Shown in pieces: positions 9,367 through 18,593 of a DNA stretch of 64,000 bases. The translations under genes were made by a program, and so were the position numbers. This DNA comes from a virus: the IMG/VR virus record IMGVR_UViG_3300033149_003115, positions 32,001 through 96,000 of that record, one strand, 5' to 3'. Within the stretch, counting starts at the first letter, position 1, and every line of letters starts with the position of its first letter. The notes under the pieces are model-generated. The model did no database searches and had not been told where the DNA came from. It worked only from the letters and a program-made list of their open reading frames with translations.

Positions 9367-9457
9367 ATCAAGATTCATATCAGGTGACTATAGTGGGACA
9401 TCCTCCCACTATTGTAAATATGCCCAATGGTTAGAGTGCTCTTAGAGAGAATGTCTG

Positions 9458-9646
9458 ATGTCTAAAATACTGGAGATAGGAGACAAATGTCCTGATCATA
9501 TCCGTGTATCATGTATCCCAGGATGCTATTGCTGTAAATGTAATCTCCATGAGAGGGTGTGTATTCATTGTCCTTGGGAGATCATATCAAGGTTCCCTCA
9601 TGAGTTCTCTAAGATAGCCAGGCTAAAGCTAATAAATGAGCTATAA
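9458..9646 (+). CDS. small Cys-rich protein
   Basis: CYCCKC motif; ends KLINEL. Confidence 0.55.
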   Translation: MSKILEIGDKCPDHIRVSCIPGCYCCKCNLHERVCIHCPWEIISRFPHEFSKIARLKLINEL

Positions 9647-9692
9647 CCTGAGCAATGATATCACATCTAGAAAATCAGAAAAGACCTGGAAT

Positions 9693-9724
9693 GATGTTAT
9701 AAATTTATAACATCTTTTATTTTT
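9693..9724 (+). terminator. 22-bp perfect palindrome plus T-tract (terminator or operator)
   Basis: GATGTTATAAATTTATAACATC followed by TTTTATTTTT at the end of the early block. Confidence 0.5.
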
Positions 9725-9775
9725 ATAGAATCATTATAGCTTAAATACCAGATAAGATAAATAAAGAAGGACTGA

Positions 9776-10255
9776 ATGGAGAAGAACAAGATGAGACTCT
9801 CATTAGATGATTTTGTATTCTATTTCTGCTCTATTGCTCTGTTGATAACAACCACTGTTATCATCCCACTCTCTGTATTCACAACTCAATACACCATCAC
9901 AACCATAGAATACTACGAGATATACAGGGTAACATGTCCATTTGGAGTATGGCATATATCTAGTGAAGGTACAGCTCTTTTCTTTTTAACCTCTTTTAGT
10001 ATTGATATGAGGGAGTCTTATGTGATCAAGTATTTTGATGAGAACAGACACCTCAAGACATCTATCCTTGATTCTAGAGAAGCTGATATAGTCATAGACG
10101 GAACTTTCAGATTAGAGAGGGTAACTACAACTCAATATTATAACCTTCTATTTTTATTCCCTGATATCCTAACACACGAGGTTAAGTGGATCATCCATTT
10201 ACCTTACTTACCTAAAGTTAATAACACCATGACTGAGGATTGGATATATCCATAA
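9776..10255 (+). CDS. membrane-anchored hypothetical protein
   Basis: N-terminal hydrophobic segment; TATA-like CTTAAATA about 30 nt upstream. Confidence 0.6.
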   Translation: MEKNKMRLSLDDFVFYFCSIALLITTTVIIPLSVFTTQYTITTIEYYEIYRVTCPFGVWHISSEGTALFFLTSFSIDMRESYVIKYFDENRHLKTSILDSREADIVIDGTFRLERVTTTQYYNLLFLFPDILTHEVKWIIHLPYLPKVNNTMTEDWIYP

Positions 10256-10322
10256 ATATTTAGAATATGAGGAGGAGTAGAACCTGAATAGAGAAGATAA
10301 GAAAATAGACAATATCCTCTTA

Positions 10323-11069
10323 GTGAAGACTAAGAAGCTAAGACCACACCCTATAAACCTGGACATATACTCAGATCAAGAAGATCTGGCTCTGGACGAG
10401 GACATCAAAAGATCTGGTATTAGAGAGCCTCTGATTATTAATAGCAAATACGAGATCCTCAATGGAGTGAGGAGGTTCAATAGAGCTCTTAAGTATGGTA
10501 TTGAAGAGGTCCCAGCTATTGTGAAAGACTACCAGGATGAGGAACTAGCAATAGTGATGGGTAACAAGTATAGACAAAAGACACCCAGGGAGATCTATTT
10601 AGAATCTAAGATCCTGGAGAAGAGGTTTAAGGATACTGTCAAGGTTGGAAGACCCCCTAGGGGAGAGGACTATGAAAGAGGGAAGACACTAGCTGACAAA
10701 GTATCTAATGAGCTGGGGATATCCAGAGGTAAGCTATACCAAATAAAGAAAGTGTATGACAATCAAGAGAAAATACCAAAGATAGTGGAAGCTCTGGAAA
10801 ATGGCACCATATCTGTGAGCAAAGCAGCTCAAGCTGCTACCCTGGTCCTTGAGGATGGGTTACCAGAAACTAAGGTACTAAGGAAAGCTCTCAAGTCAGA
10901 TATCACAATGCCTATACCCAAGAAATCATCCAGAGGAAAGGCTAGGAAGAGAGACTACATAGTCAAGTGTCCAGTGTGTAATGCTGTGATCATAGCTGAT
11001 AAGAAGGTTAACCTCAAGACCATTGAGCAAGCTAGGATAGAAAGTAGGTTAAAGAAGAGAGGTAGCTGA
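10323..11069 (+). CDS. ParB/Sulfiredoxin N-terminal domain protein with HTH and Zn ribbon
   Basis: LRPHPIN...GIREPLII...ILNGVRR; ELGISR; CPVC. Confidence 0.8.
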   Translation: MKTKKLRPHPINLDIYSDQEDLALDEDIKRSGIREPLIINSKYEILNGVRRFNRALKYGIEEVPAIVKDYQDEELAIVMGNKYRQKTPREIYLESKILEKRFKDTVKVGRPPRGEDYERGKTLADKVSNELGISRGKLYQIKKVYDNQEKIPKIVEALENGTISVSKAAQAATLVLEDGLPETKVLRKALKSDITMPIPKKSSRGKARKRDYIVKCPVCNAVIIADKKVNLKTIEQARIESRLKKRGS

Positions 11070-11071
11070 TA

Positions 11072-11326
11072 ATGCCTAAAGAGATTGTACATTTTCCTAA
11101 GACCGAGAACTTTAAAGATGGTCAGATGTTTTTTCTAATAGGAGTAAAGAGAAGGAAAGGATGGTATGCTCTATTAAGTGTCTTTGAGAAAAGAGCTCTT
11201 AAATATTCAGAGGTTTTAAGAGATCATCTTGAGGAGTGTTTACTTCAGCTATGGAAAGACACTGGTATAGATTTCAAGCCTAGACCTAAACCTAAGCAGT
11301 CTGAGTATGTAGTTACCAGCCAATAG
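11072..11326 (+). CDS. hypothetical protein
   Basis: ORF directly after the ParB-like gene. Confidence 0.55.
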   Translation: MPKEIVHFPKTENFKDGQMFFLIGVKRRKGWYALLSVFEKRALKYSEVLRDHLEECLLQLWKDTGIDFKPRPKPKQSEYVVTSQ

Positions 11327-11439
11327 TATGTTCAACAGGGTTTTAGAATATCTTTTCTTTCTATAGCCTATATAAACTACCTAAGCTTCAACTGTATAAA
11401 AACTAAGAATAGTATTTTATGTGATAGAAGTGATCAAAA

Positions 11440-11736
11440 TTGGAATATAGAGAGGTAATAGAGAACTCTATTAAGCAAATAATATCTCAGTGTATAGAGG
11501 AAGTTAAAGAGTCTAAGTCAGAGGAGAAGAACAAGGAGATCCTCAGGAAATATGAGAGAGTCATCAGTGAGCTGATAGACGATCTACTAGATCACGAGAC
11601 CAATGGTAGAAGAAGGTGGAGACTAGAACCACATGATATCTCTGAGATCGTCCTGGACACTGAGGATCTGGACATGGAAACCCTGGACAAGATATTACAG
11701 CAGCTTTTAGATGAGATCAGCAAGTGGGATTTCTAG
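11440..11736 (+). CDS. acidic helical hypothetical protein
   Basis: ORF with upstream AT-rich promoter-like region. Confidence 0.55.
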   Translation: MEYREVIENSIKQIISQCIEEVKESKSEEKNKEILRKYERVISELIDDLLDHETNGRRRWRLEPHDISEIVLDTEDLDMETLDKILQQLLDEISKWDF

Positions 11737-11823
11737 CTATCCTGTCCTGCTTATGTTTTATCCTCTCTTATCTTAAGATAAAATATAAGTAACCGTATTG
11801 TATCCTATACAATAGGGATCCCT

Positions 11824-12147
11824 ATGAGCACAGAGACTGATATATTACGTATAGTAGAACGACTAGCCAGGGTAGAGACATTAGTCACTGAGATCAAAGG
11901 AGATGTTAATGATCTCAAGAATAGAAAGGATCTCCAGGAGCTCAAGCAGAGCTACAAAGCTTTTAGAAAAGACTTCTATGAGTGGGAAAGAAAGGTTGAA
12001 CAGAAGCTGGATGCTATCCATGCTTGTAATAATAATAATAATGGAATAAACAGGAGAGACAGAGTGGCTATTTATGTTGCACTAATATCATCCGTAGCCC
12101 TGGTGATCTCTAAGTTCATAGAGATATTTCCTCTTCTCTTGGGGTAA
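11824..12147 (+). CDS. coiled-coil protein with C-terminal TM (XhlA/holin-accessory-like)
   Basis: ERLARVET heptads, terminal hydrophobic helix. Confidence 0.55.
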   Translation: MSTETDILRIVERLARVETLVTEIKGDVNDLKNRKDLQELKQSYKAFRKDFYEWERKVEQKLDAIHACNNNNNGINRRDRVAIYVALISSVALVISKFIEIFPLLLG

Positions 12148-12259
12148 ATTAGTACAAAATTATACTAATTCTTCTACTAAGGGAGTCTTGAGATGCTTAG
12201 TCTGGTGTTGGTAGTTTTAGGTATTCTAATTATTCAAACAATGTCCCAGAGGGATATAT

Positions 12260-12592
12260 ATGACTCAGAAGGAGAAAGAGAGAGGAAGAACTACCCATAT
12301 GTCTATAGAAGAGGTTGAGAGGTATCTCTTCTTAGCTGAGAACTACTATAAGACCCACTATCTTGAACACATGTCTCATCACCTCTCATCAGAGCAAAAG
12401 ATGACCATAGCTAAGAGAATAAGTGATCTAACTCTAAGGAGCCCTATATGGCTGGATCATAACAAAGACTATAGAGATCAGTTCCCTGAGGTGTCTCCTT
12501 ATGTTAGTGATGGAGTACCATTATCTGGACTGTACCTGGTAGGAATACTAAAAGGGATAATAGAGGAAAGATATAGAGTCCCTCGATCATGA
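12260..12592 (+). CDS. hypothetical protein
   Basis: 110 aa ORF. Confidence 0.5.
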   Translation: MTQKEKERGRTTHMSIEEVERYLFLAENYYKTHYLEHMSHHLSSEQKMTIAKRISDLTLRSPIWLDHNKDYRDQFPEVSPYVSDGVPLSGLYLVGILKGIIEERYRVPRS

Positions 12593-13233
12593 TATCTTAT
12601 TATAGTTCTAGTCTAGGAGTGATTACCTTGTTGTCTGTCCTACTAAAAGAGCAGTTTGATGCTCTAAGAGATATCCTGGAGTTCTACTTAGATCCTGGAT
12701 CTAAGATACTAGACATAACCTACGGACATGGTAAGCTATGGCAGTTCATAGGTAATGGAGTGTCCAACAAGTACCAAGTGATAAGTAATGATGTGGATCC
12801 AGGTTCTCCCTCTCAATACCACTACTCATTCCCTAGCTTACACAAGATACCTCATTCTCCCTATGATTGTGTTCTATATGATCCACCATACAAGTACAAC
12901 ACCTCATCCTTCATCCTATTCCAGAGATCCGATGATGACTGGAGACCGAATAAGACCAAGTGGAGCATAAGCTCCCAAGTACAATCAGCTAGAACACTAA
13001 ACAATGTGTTACCTCCCTTGCTAAAGGAGAATGGGTTACTAATAGTCAAGATCATGGACACCAGATATAGAGGGAAGCTAGTATTGAATCATAAGATCAT
13101 GTTAGATACCTTCTCTAACTTTACTATAGAGGACATCATAGTTTATATCAGGCTCTTAGTAGGGCTATTCAAGAATAAGAAGCACTCCCAGACAGCTCAT
13201 GGGTATTTCATGGTATTTAGAGTGAATAAATGA
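12589..13233 (+). CDS. amino (N6-A/N4-C) DNA methyltransferase-like
   Basis: SAM motif ILDITYGHG; catalytic YDPPY. Confidence 0.75.
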   Translation: MISYYSSSLGVITLLSVLLKEQFDALRDILEFYLDPGSKILDITYGHGKLWQFIGNGVSNKYQVISNDVDPGSPSQYHYSFPSLHKIPHSPYDCVLYDPPYKYNTSSFILFQRSDDDWRPNKTKWSISSQVQSARTLNNVLPPLLKENGLLIVKIMDTRYRGKLVLNHKIMLDTFSNFTIEDIIVYIRLLVGLFKNKKHSQTAHGYFMVFRVNK

Positions 13234-13334
13234 TCTAGGAGAGATATGAAGTTGAGTACCCAATACAAAGAATATATTAATAAAAGAAGACATGAGGACC
13301 AGGATCAAAGAAGAGACCTTAGTGAGGTGATTAG

Positions 13335-13580
13335 ATGATTATTCAACTCCCTCGATGTCCATCCAAGGCTCCTTGTCCCTTTAGAATATTCAGAGGTAAA
13401 GTGCCTTACTGTGGAGGGGTAGAATACCCTCATCTTAGGATATATTGTAAAGAGATACAGAACTACGTGATCCCCATAGTTCCTCAAGATGAAAACACAG
13501 GTATTTTACTTACAAATAAAGAGCTTCATCAAGATACCCTGACTTCTATAGAAGAAGAGGAGACAATAGATGACCAATAG
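13335..13580 (+). CDS. hypothetical protein
   Basis: GAGGTGA RBS; Cys-containing. Confidence 0.5.
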   Translation: MIIQLPRCPSKAPCPFRIFRGKVPYCGGVEYPHLRIYCKEIQNYVIPIVPQDENTGILLTNKELHQDTLTSIEEEETIDDQ

Positions 13581-13800
13581 ATATAACAAGATAAAGAGAA
13601 TGTCCAGTGAGGAAGCTTACAAATATGGAATAGACAAGGGATTTGGAGATGCACTTGGAAGGTGTATAAGGTTTCTAAGGATGAGAGGCTTGGATAGTCT
13701 AGAGGATGATCTTAGAGAGTTTGTTCTGAGCAAAAGAGGGTATAAACACCATAAAAGAGAGATGAGGAATGAGAGTAGCAACAATGGTAGCACTGAGTAA
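13570..13800 (+). CDS. hypothetical protein
   Basis: Overlap-coupled ORF. Confidence 0.5.
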   Translation: MTNRYNKIKRMSSEEAYKYGIDKGFGDALGRCIRFLRMRGLDSLEDDLREFVLSKRGYKHHKREMRNESSNNGSTE

Positions 13801-13914
13801 CATATCCTTATGTACATTACTAGCTGTGGCTATTCTGGTCACTAAGAACCCCTGGTGTCTGTTAGGTCTATGCTTCTTGCTAGGAATGAAATATACAGAT
13901 GAGGATGATCAGGA

Positions 13915-14229
13915 ATGAGCTGGAAAGACAAAGCTAAGTCATTAGGAGAGTTACGTAGATCTCCATTGAGTGGTAGCTTGGGAGCTGATGCCAAGACCTT
14001 GAATACCAAGTGGATACCTATAGAGGAAATGGAGAGACTAGAGGAGGATCTTAGGAGAGCAAGGGAGATGCTCCAATATGCTGGCTCTAAGATCCTAGAT
14101 CTACAATACCGTGTGGACAGGATATCTTCTCTGGTAAAGAGCAATGATCACAAATGTTCCAAGCTAAGAGAGATACAGAGGATACTTAGACAAGCAGATC
14201 CTATACCTCTTAAGGATGTGAAACAATGA
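13915..14229 (+). CDS. coiled-coil protein, paralog of 14754..15113
   Basis: Shared KAKxL...LNTKWI. Confidence 0.6.
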   Translation: MSWKDKAKSLGELRRSPLSGSLGADAKTLNTKWIPIEEMERLEEDLRRAREMLQYAGSKILDLQYRVDRISSLVKSNDHKCSKLREIQRILRQADPIPLKDVKQ

Positions 14230-14492
14230 AAGGAAGAGAGTTCTATAATCAAGCAATAGAGAAAGCTATAAGATGGAATCATGGGATGTTACCAGAAGCA
14301 AGAATACAGCTCACTTTCATCTGTAATGAGCTAAGAGGTAAAGTTGTCCTTGATGATGCTGAACTCCAACAAATAGCCAAAATAGTTGACTCTACTTGGT
14401 TGGATGAAAAAGACATAAAAGATAAAGTTGAAAAACTGAGGAAATTCTTCCATAAGATTCTTTGTGAGGAGACTTCTGAAGATGAGAATTAG
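14226..14492 (+). CDS. hypothetical protein
   Basis: Shares VLxDxAEL motif with the next gene. Confidence 0.55.
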   Translation: MKGREFYNQAIEKAIRWNHGMLPEARIQLTFICNELRGKVVLDDAELQQIAKIVDSTWLDEKDIKDKVEKLRKFFHKILCEETSEDEN

Positions 14493-14757
14493 CAAAGAAG
14501 AATTTGTGAAACGATTTGGAGAACCAGTAAATTTTCCACATGATGAATGGCAAATAATAGAAGTAACTGGAGAAGAGATTTATGAATGGGTAACTGATCT
14601 AGGCATTGTTCTTGTTGATGAGGCTGAGCTACTCCAGAAACTAGTGAATACCAGTGTAATGCAGAAAAAGACTCAAGATGTTGAGGAAAGAATGTATTGG
14701 CAAGGACAATCCGATATTCTGAAAAGGATTCTTGGAGAGGAGGTTGGTAAGGGTTGA
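14464..14757 (+). CDS. hypothetical protein
   Basis: Overlap-coupled ORF. Confidence 0.55.
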   Translation: MRRLLKMRISKEEFVKRFGEPVNFPHDEWQIIEVTGEEIYEWVTDLGIVLVDEAELLQKLVNTSVMQKKTQDVEERMYWQGQSDILKRILGEEVGKG

Positions 14758-15113
14758 GCTTGGAGAGCAAAGCAAAAACACTTAATGAGATCTATGGTAA
14801 AGCTGTTGAGCTGTACGGTGAGCGTTATAGTAAGCTAATTTCGAGTAAAGAGCTTGATGAGAAATTAAACACTAAGTGGATTAGGCTTGAAGATTGCCAA
14901 AAAACGGTTAGTGCTTATGAAGAGCAAGTGTTTAAGCTTGCAGTTGAAAAAGCTGAGTTGAAGAAGTGTCTCGAAAAGCTGCCACAGACCATAGACGATG
15001 TTGCGAAGAGGATCCGACAGAAACTGGACTTGACTCGCTCTAGTGGGGTGGCTGTTTTTGATGTGGCTGTTTCCATGTTGAAAGACGAGTTAAACAAGGA
15101 GACAAAACCATGA
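14754..15113 (+). CDS. coiled-coil protein, paralog of 13915..14229
   Basis: Shared KAKxL...LNTKWI. Confidence 0.6.
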   Translation: MSLESKAKTLNEIYGKAVELYGERYSKLISSKELDEKLNTKWIRLEDCQKTVSAYEEQVFKLAVEKAELKKCLEKLPQTIDDVAKRIRQKLDLTRSSGVAVFDVAVSMLKDELNKETKP

Positions 15114-15139
15114 GAATTAGCTGGTAATCTATCCTTATA

Positions 15140-15805
15140 ATGATTACACTCCAGTTCTCCAGCTCTCAAGATAAGAAGGGATCTCTGATGGAGAGTGTGT
15201 GTCCCAGATGTGGTAAACCATTTAATGACTATTTACACTTGAAGTCTAAAGAGGATATCTATCTATGTAACACATGTGGGTTATTCTACTATAAAGATAA
15301 CAAGTGGAACATGGTGAAGTACCCTTGTCCAAAGTGTAAATCCAACTATAAGGAACCTTACAAGACAGAGGGTACATGGGTGTATTGTAAATGTGAAATA
15401 CATGGTGAGTGGAAAGTATCCTTCCTCAGATCCTTCAAGTTTAGGAGACTATGTAGCATAGCTGCTAGTAAGCCTAACAAAGACTCCAGGTATTATACCC
15501 CACCAGAGGTCAGAGCTAAGAAAATACTTGATAGTATGGGACTAAGGGAGAACATCGATTATTATCATAACAAGAGGATCAGGGTGGGGAAGGGGAGATA
15601 CTATTATCCAGACTTTATAGTATTTGATAAGATAGTGTTTGGGGTAGATCCCTCCATATGGCATACCATGTGGAATAGAGACGATAATGCCAAGATCACT
15701 TATCTAAAGAAGCTAGGGTATGAGTATGTCTCACTATCAGACAAGAATGAGAGAGAGTGGGAGAGGATCATTTCTAGATCCTTGAAGTCTCTAAGGGATG
15801 AGTGA
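15140..15805 (+). CDS. Zn-ribbon + Vsr/DUF559-like PD-(D/E)xK endonuclease
   Basis: CxxC pairs, then TPPE...YYPDF...WH...LKKLGY. Confidence 0.65.
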   Translation: MITLQFSSSQDKKGSLMESVCPRCGKPFNDYLHLKSKEDIYLCNTCGLFYYKDNKWNMVKYPCPKCKSNYKEPYKTEGTWVYCKCEIHGEWKVSFLRSFKFRRLCSIAASKPNKDSRYYTPPEVRAKKILDSMGLRENIDYYHNKRIRVGKGRYYYPDFIVFDKIVFGVDPSIWHTMWNRDDNAKITYLKKLGYEYVSLSDKNEREWERIISRSLKSLRDE

Positions 15806-15814
15806 TGAAATAAC

Positions 15815-16045
15815 ATGAAGAGATGGGTGTTAGTTAAGACATTCCAGCTGGTTGTTGAGGATGTTGAGATATGTGGCTCTTTCCAGGAAGCTAAGGATCG
15901 GTTTGAGGTGTACACTGGGATGAGCTATGATAAATGCCAGATGTGGAAGACAAGTGATAAGTATGATAGCATGTGGGATTATGATCAATCCAAGATATTT
16001 GAGATAGATGTAGAAGATAGAGCCACTTTAGCTGATAGAAGATGA
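15815..16045 (+). CDS. hypothetical protein
   Basis: ORF in operon. Confidence 0.5.
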   Translation: MKRWVLVKTFQLVVEDVEICGSFQEAKDRFEVYTGMSYDKCQMWKTSDKYDSMWDYDQSKIFEIDVEDRATLADRR

Positions 16046-16076
16046 GATGGAGAAGTGAAAATCAGGAGATCCTAGA

Positions 16077-16331
16077 ATGAAAGGTGAGAATGGTAAGCAG
16101 GTTGATGTGGTTGTCGTAGGTACTGATAATCTTAGAGATTATCTAAGCCCAGAATGGATACGAGATTGTGTCATGTTCGATAGGAAACATAGCTCTCTGG
16201 TGATCTCTCCTCAGAGATGCCTAGAACACAGGGTCTCAGCTATAGACATAGCCCAGGATAAGTTTGCTTCTAGAACCATACTTCATTTCCGACTAGACTA
16301 TGATTTTAAAAGGGTTAAGAAGTCCTCTTGA
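16077..16331 (+). CDS. hypothetical protein
   Basis: ORF in operon. Confidence 0.5.
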   Translation: MKGENGKQVDVVVVGTDNLRDYLSPEWIRDCVMFDRKHSSLVISPQRCLEHRVSAIDIAQDKFASRTILHFRLDYDFKRVKKSS

Positions 16332-16381
16332 TAGAGGGACATTGGGATACTTGAGAGATTACAAAGACTGGAGAGATCAAG

Positions 16382-16738
16382 ATGACTATGAGCCACCTTG
16401 CTGAGATGATCATCCAGTTTTACGATGATCCTGGCTCTTTCCATGACTGGCTTGAGATAATGCATAATGCAGGGGTGATCCAGAGCATAGAGATTGATGG
16501 TGACATAATAAGGATACATGGTCAGGTCAGCACATGTCTATGGAGGAAAGTTGATCCAGTCAACAACCTGGTGTGTCTAGCCCTTGCTCTCTTTGGTCCT
16601 TTCTGGGTATTCATGAGCGATAAAGACATTGCTTTTAAGAAAGTGAAACAATGGTGGAGAAGCCAGATCAAGAGGACATCCTCTGTAAAGAAGTCTAAGA
16701 AGCAGAGGACCTTGGAGAACTGGAGCAATACTTCTTAA
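16382..16738 (+). CDS. hypothetical protein with C-terminal PIP-box-like motif
   Basis: KKQRTLENW. Confidence 0.55.
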   Translation: MTMSHLAEMIIQFYDDPGSFHDWLEIMHNAGVIQSIEIDGDIIRIHGQVSTCLWRKVDPVNNLVCLALALFGPFWVFMSDKDIAFKKVKQWWRSQIKRTSSVKKSKKQRTLENWSNTS

Positions 16739-16858
16739 ATATAGAGATCAATCTTCAGATGTCCTCATCTGCTTAGTGTCTCTCCTAGAACATTTTGAAT
16801 ATCAAGAGATTATAGATCAAGATGTGAGTAATCATCGTAAAAGGAGGTATGAGGTGAA

Positions 16859-18232
16859 TTGAGTAGCTATGACTGGGATGAAGATGATTGGGAAGAGGAT
16901 GACTGGGAAGAGGTAGAGGAGATAAGGGTAGAAAAACCAGCTAAGAGGTTATCCTCTTCTAAGGTAGAAATAGTCAAGGATATAGTGCGTGAGCTCAAGG
17001 CTCTGCTAAAGGAGCTAAACCAGAAAGATAAAGACTATGATGAGCACTTAGGTGAAGATAGGACCAATAGAAGAGAGATCACCAGATCTTATCCTAGGTA
17101 TAGGCGTAGAGAGGCTTGCTATGCTATATCCAAGTTCTTAGAGGAGGAGGTGAAGCTAAAGAAGCTGTGTGACTACGCCAGTGGTGAGTACTCTCCAGTC
17201 TCTTACTTCTCACTGGAGATCAAGAGAGGAGAGCTAAAGTCATTACCTTCAGAGGGTACTGCGTATATTTATTACAAGGATAAACCCTTTATCGTCAGCC
17301 TAGACCTGGAGTATAAAGATCCCTGGATCAGTATAGTCTGTAGAAATGAGGACGATAGCTTAGCTGAGGAGATATTCAAGAGAATAGATGAGATGATGAA
17401 CACTCTCTCTTTTCTAAAAGGGGAGAAGCTAGAGCTAACATATGGGGTGGACTTTGAGTTCTTAGATTATCCTAAGAGAACATGGGATGATATAGTGTTG
17501 TCTCCTAAAACTAAGAGAGAGATACTACTCAACATTATTTACCCCATTGAGAACAGAGACATATTACTAAAGAATAGACTACCTTGGAAGAGAGGGATAT
17601 TACTAGAGGGGTTCCCTGGTACTGGTAAGACATTGCTAGGGAAGATATTATGTAATGAGCTAAAAGATATCACCTTTATACTGGTCTCATCCAAGAGCAT
17701 TGGTAACAAATCCCACATTAGCTTACTATTCAAGGCAGCTAGGATATTAGCTCCTACTCTGCTCTTCTTTGAGGATATAGACCTATTTGGTAGGGATAGG
17801 GAGAGAGGAGACACTCTATTCCTGGGTGAGCTATTGAACCAGCTGGATGGTATTAGGGATAACGAAGGGGTGTTTGTGGTAGCTACAACCAATAGACCCA
17901 GCCTACTGGATAAAGCACTTCTACACAGACCATCCAGGTTTGATGTTAAGATAAGGTTTGAGCTACCCAGTTCTTCTGAGAGACTGAGCCTGGTGAACCT
18001 GTATTCTAAAGGGGTCAAGATGTCTAAAGAGATAAGGAGCTTAATAGCGTCCAGGACTGAGGGATTCACTCCTGCCATGATCAAGGAGGTCATAGTGTAT
18101 TCCAGGTTATTGTCTCTGTTCAAGGGATCAACACTGAGAGATGACATAGTGAAATCCTCCATATCCATCCTCAAGGAGAGCATGAGAATGAACAGGGAGA
18201 GATATCAAGATCAAAAAGGACTAATAGTATGA
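16859..18232 (+). CDS. classical AAA+ ATPase (single ATPase domain)
   Basis: GILLEGFPGTGKT, FFEDID, TTNRPSLLDKALLHRPSRFD. Confidence 0.9.
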   Translation: MSSYDWDEDDWEEDDWEEVEEIRVEKPAKRLSSSKVEIVKDIVRELKALLKELNQKDKDYDEHLGEDRTNRREITRSYPRYRRREACYAISKFLEEEVKLKKLCDYASGEYSPVSYFSLEIKRGELKSLPSEGTAYIYYKDKPFIVSLDLEYKDPWISIVCRNEDDSLAEEIFKRIDEMMNTLSFLKGEKLELTYGVDFEFLDYPKRTWDDIVLSPKTKREILLNIIYPIENRDILLKNRLPWKRGILLEGFPGTGKTLLGKILCNELKDITFILVSSKSIGNKSHISLLFKAARILAPTLLFFEDIDLFGRDRERGDTLFLGELLNQLDGIRDNEGVFVVATTNRPSLLDKALLHRPSRFDVKIRFELPSSSERLSLVNLYSKGVKMSKEIRSLIASRTEGFTPAMIKEVIVYSRLLSLFKGSTLRDDIVKSSISILKESMRMNRERYQDQKGLIV

Positions 18233-18313
18233 GATAATGAGGTGCAGACTTGATGTTATATGTTAATAAATTAGAAGATAGAGAGATCACCTACAAAGGA
18301 AGAGAGGAAAGAG

Positions 18314-18559
18314 ATGAGTAGGCTATACAGGGATCCAGATCTATATAGAAAGATATGGAGCTTGTACAGGGTGATTAAGGAGGATATCAAGCTACTAAGC
18401 ATGGTCTCTGATGACTCTAGGGAAGCTCTTAGGATTAAGATATTAAAAGAGCTGGATGAGCTATGGAGTCTTATTAGACCTATACTGGAAGAACTGTTGT
18501 TACCTGACCCTAGGAGATTATTCCCTAGAGATATTCTGGATAGATCTTCTCTCCTATAG
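18314..18559 (+). CDS. hypothetical protein
   Basis: ORF with purine-rich RBS. Confidence 0.5.
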   Translation: MSRLYRDPDLYRKIWSLYRVIKEDIKLLSMVSDDSREALRIKILKELDELWSLIRPILEELLLPDPRRLFPRDILDRSSLL

Positions 18560-18593
18560 CTCCTTATCTTTTATTTATTACAAGCTTAGGTGA

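Noticed and set aside
1130-9646. Diversity-generating retroelement or CRISPR-like array behind the paralog diversity
   Set aside because: No reverse transcriptase, no TR/VR pair with adenine-specific differences and no nucleotide-identical repeats seen; the similarity is at protein level only.
17539-18183. Long antisense ORFs (also 22708..23169, 34215..34802, 41380..41892, 63301..63837 and similar)
   Set aside because: They are shadows of well-supported genes on the opposite strand, Ser/Leu-rich with no motifs.
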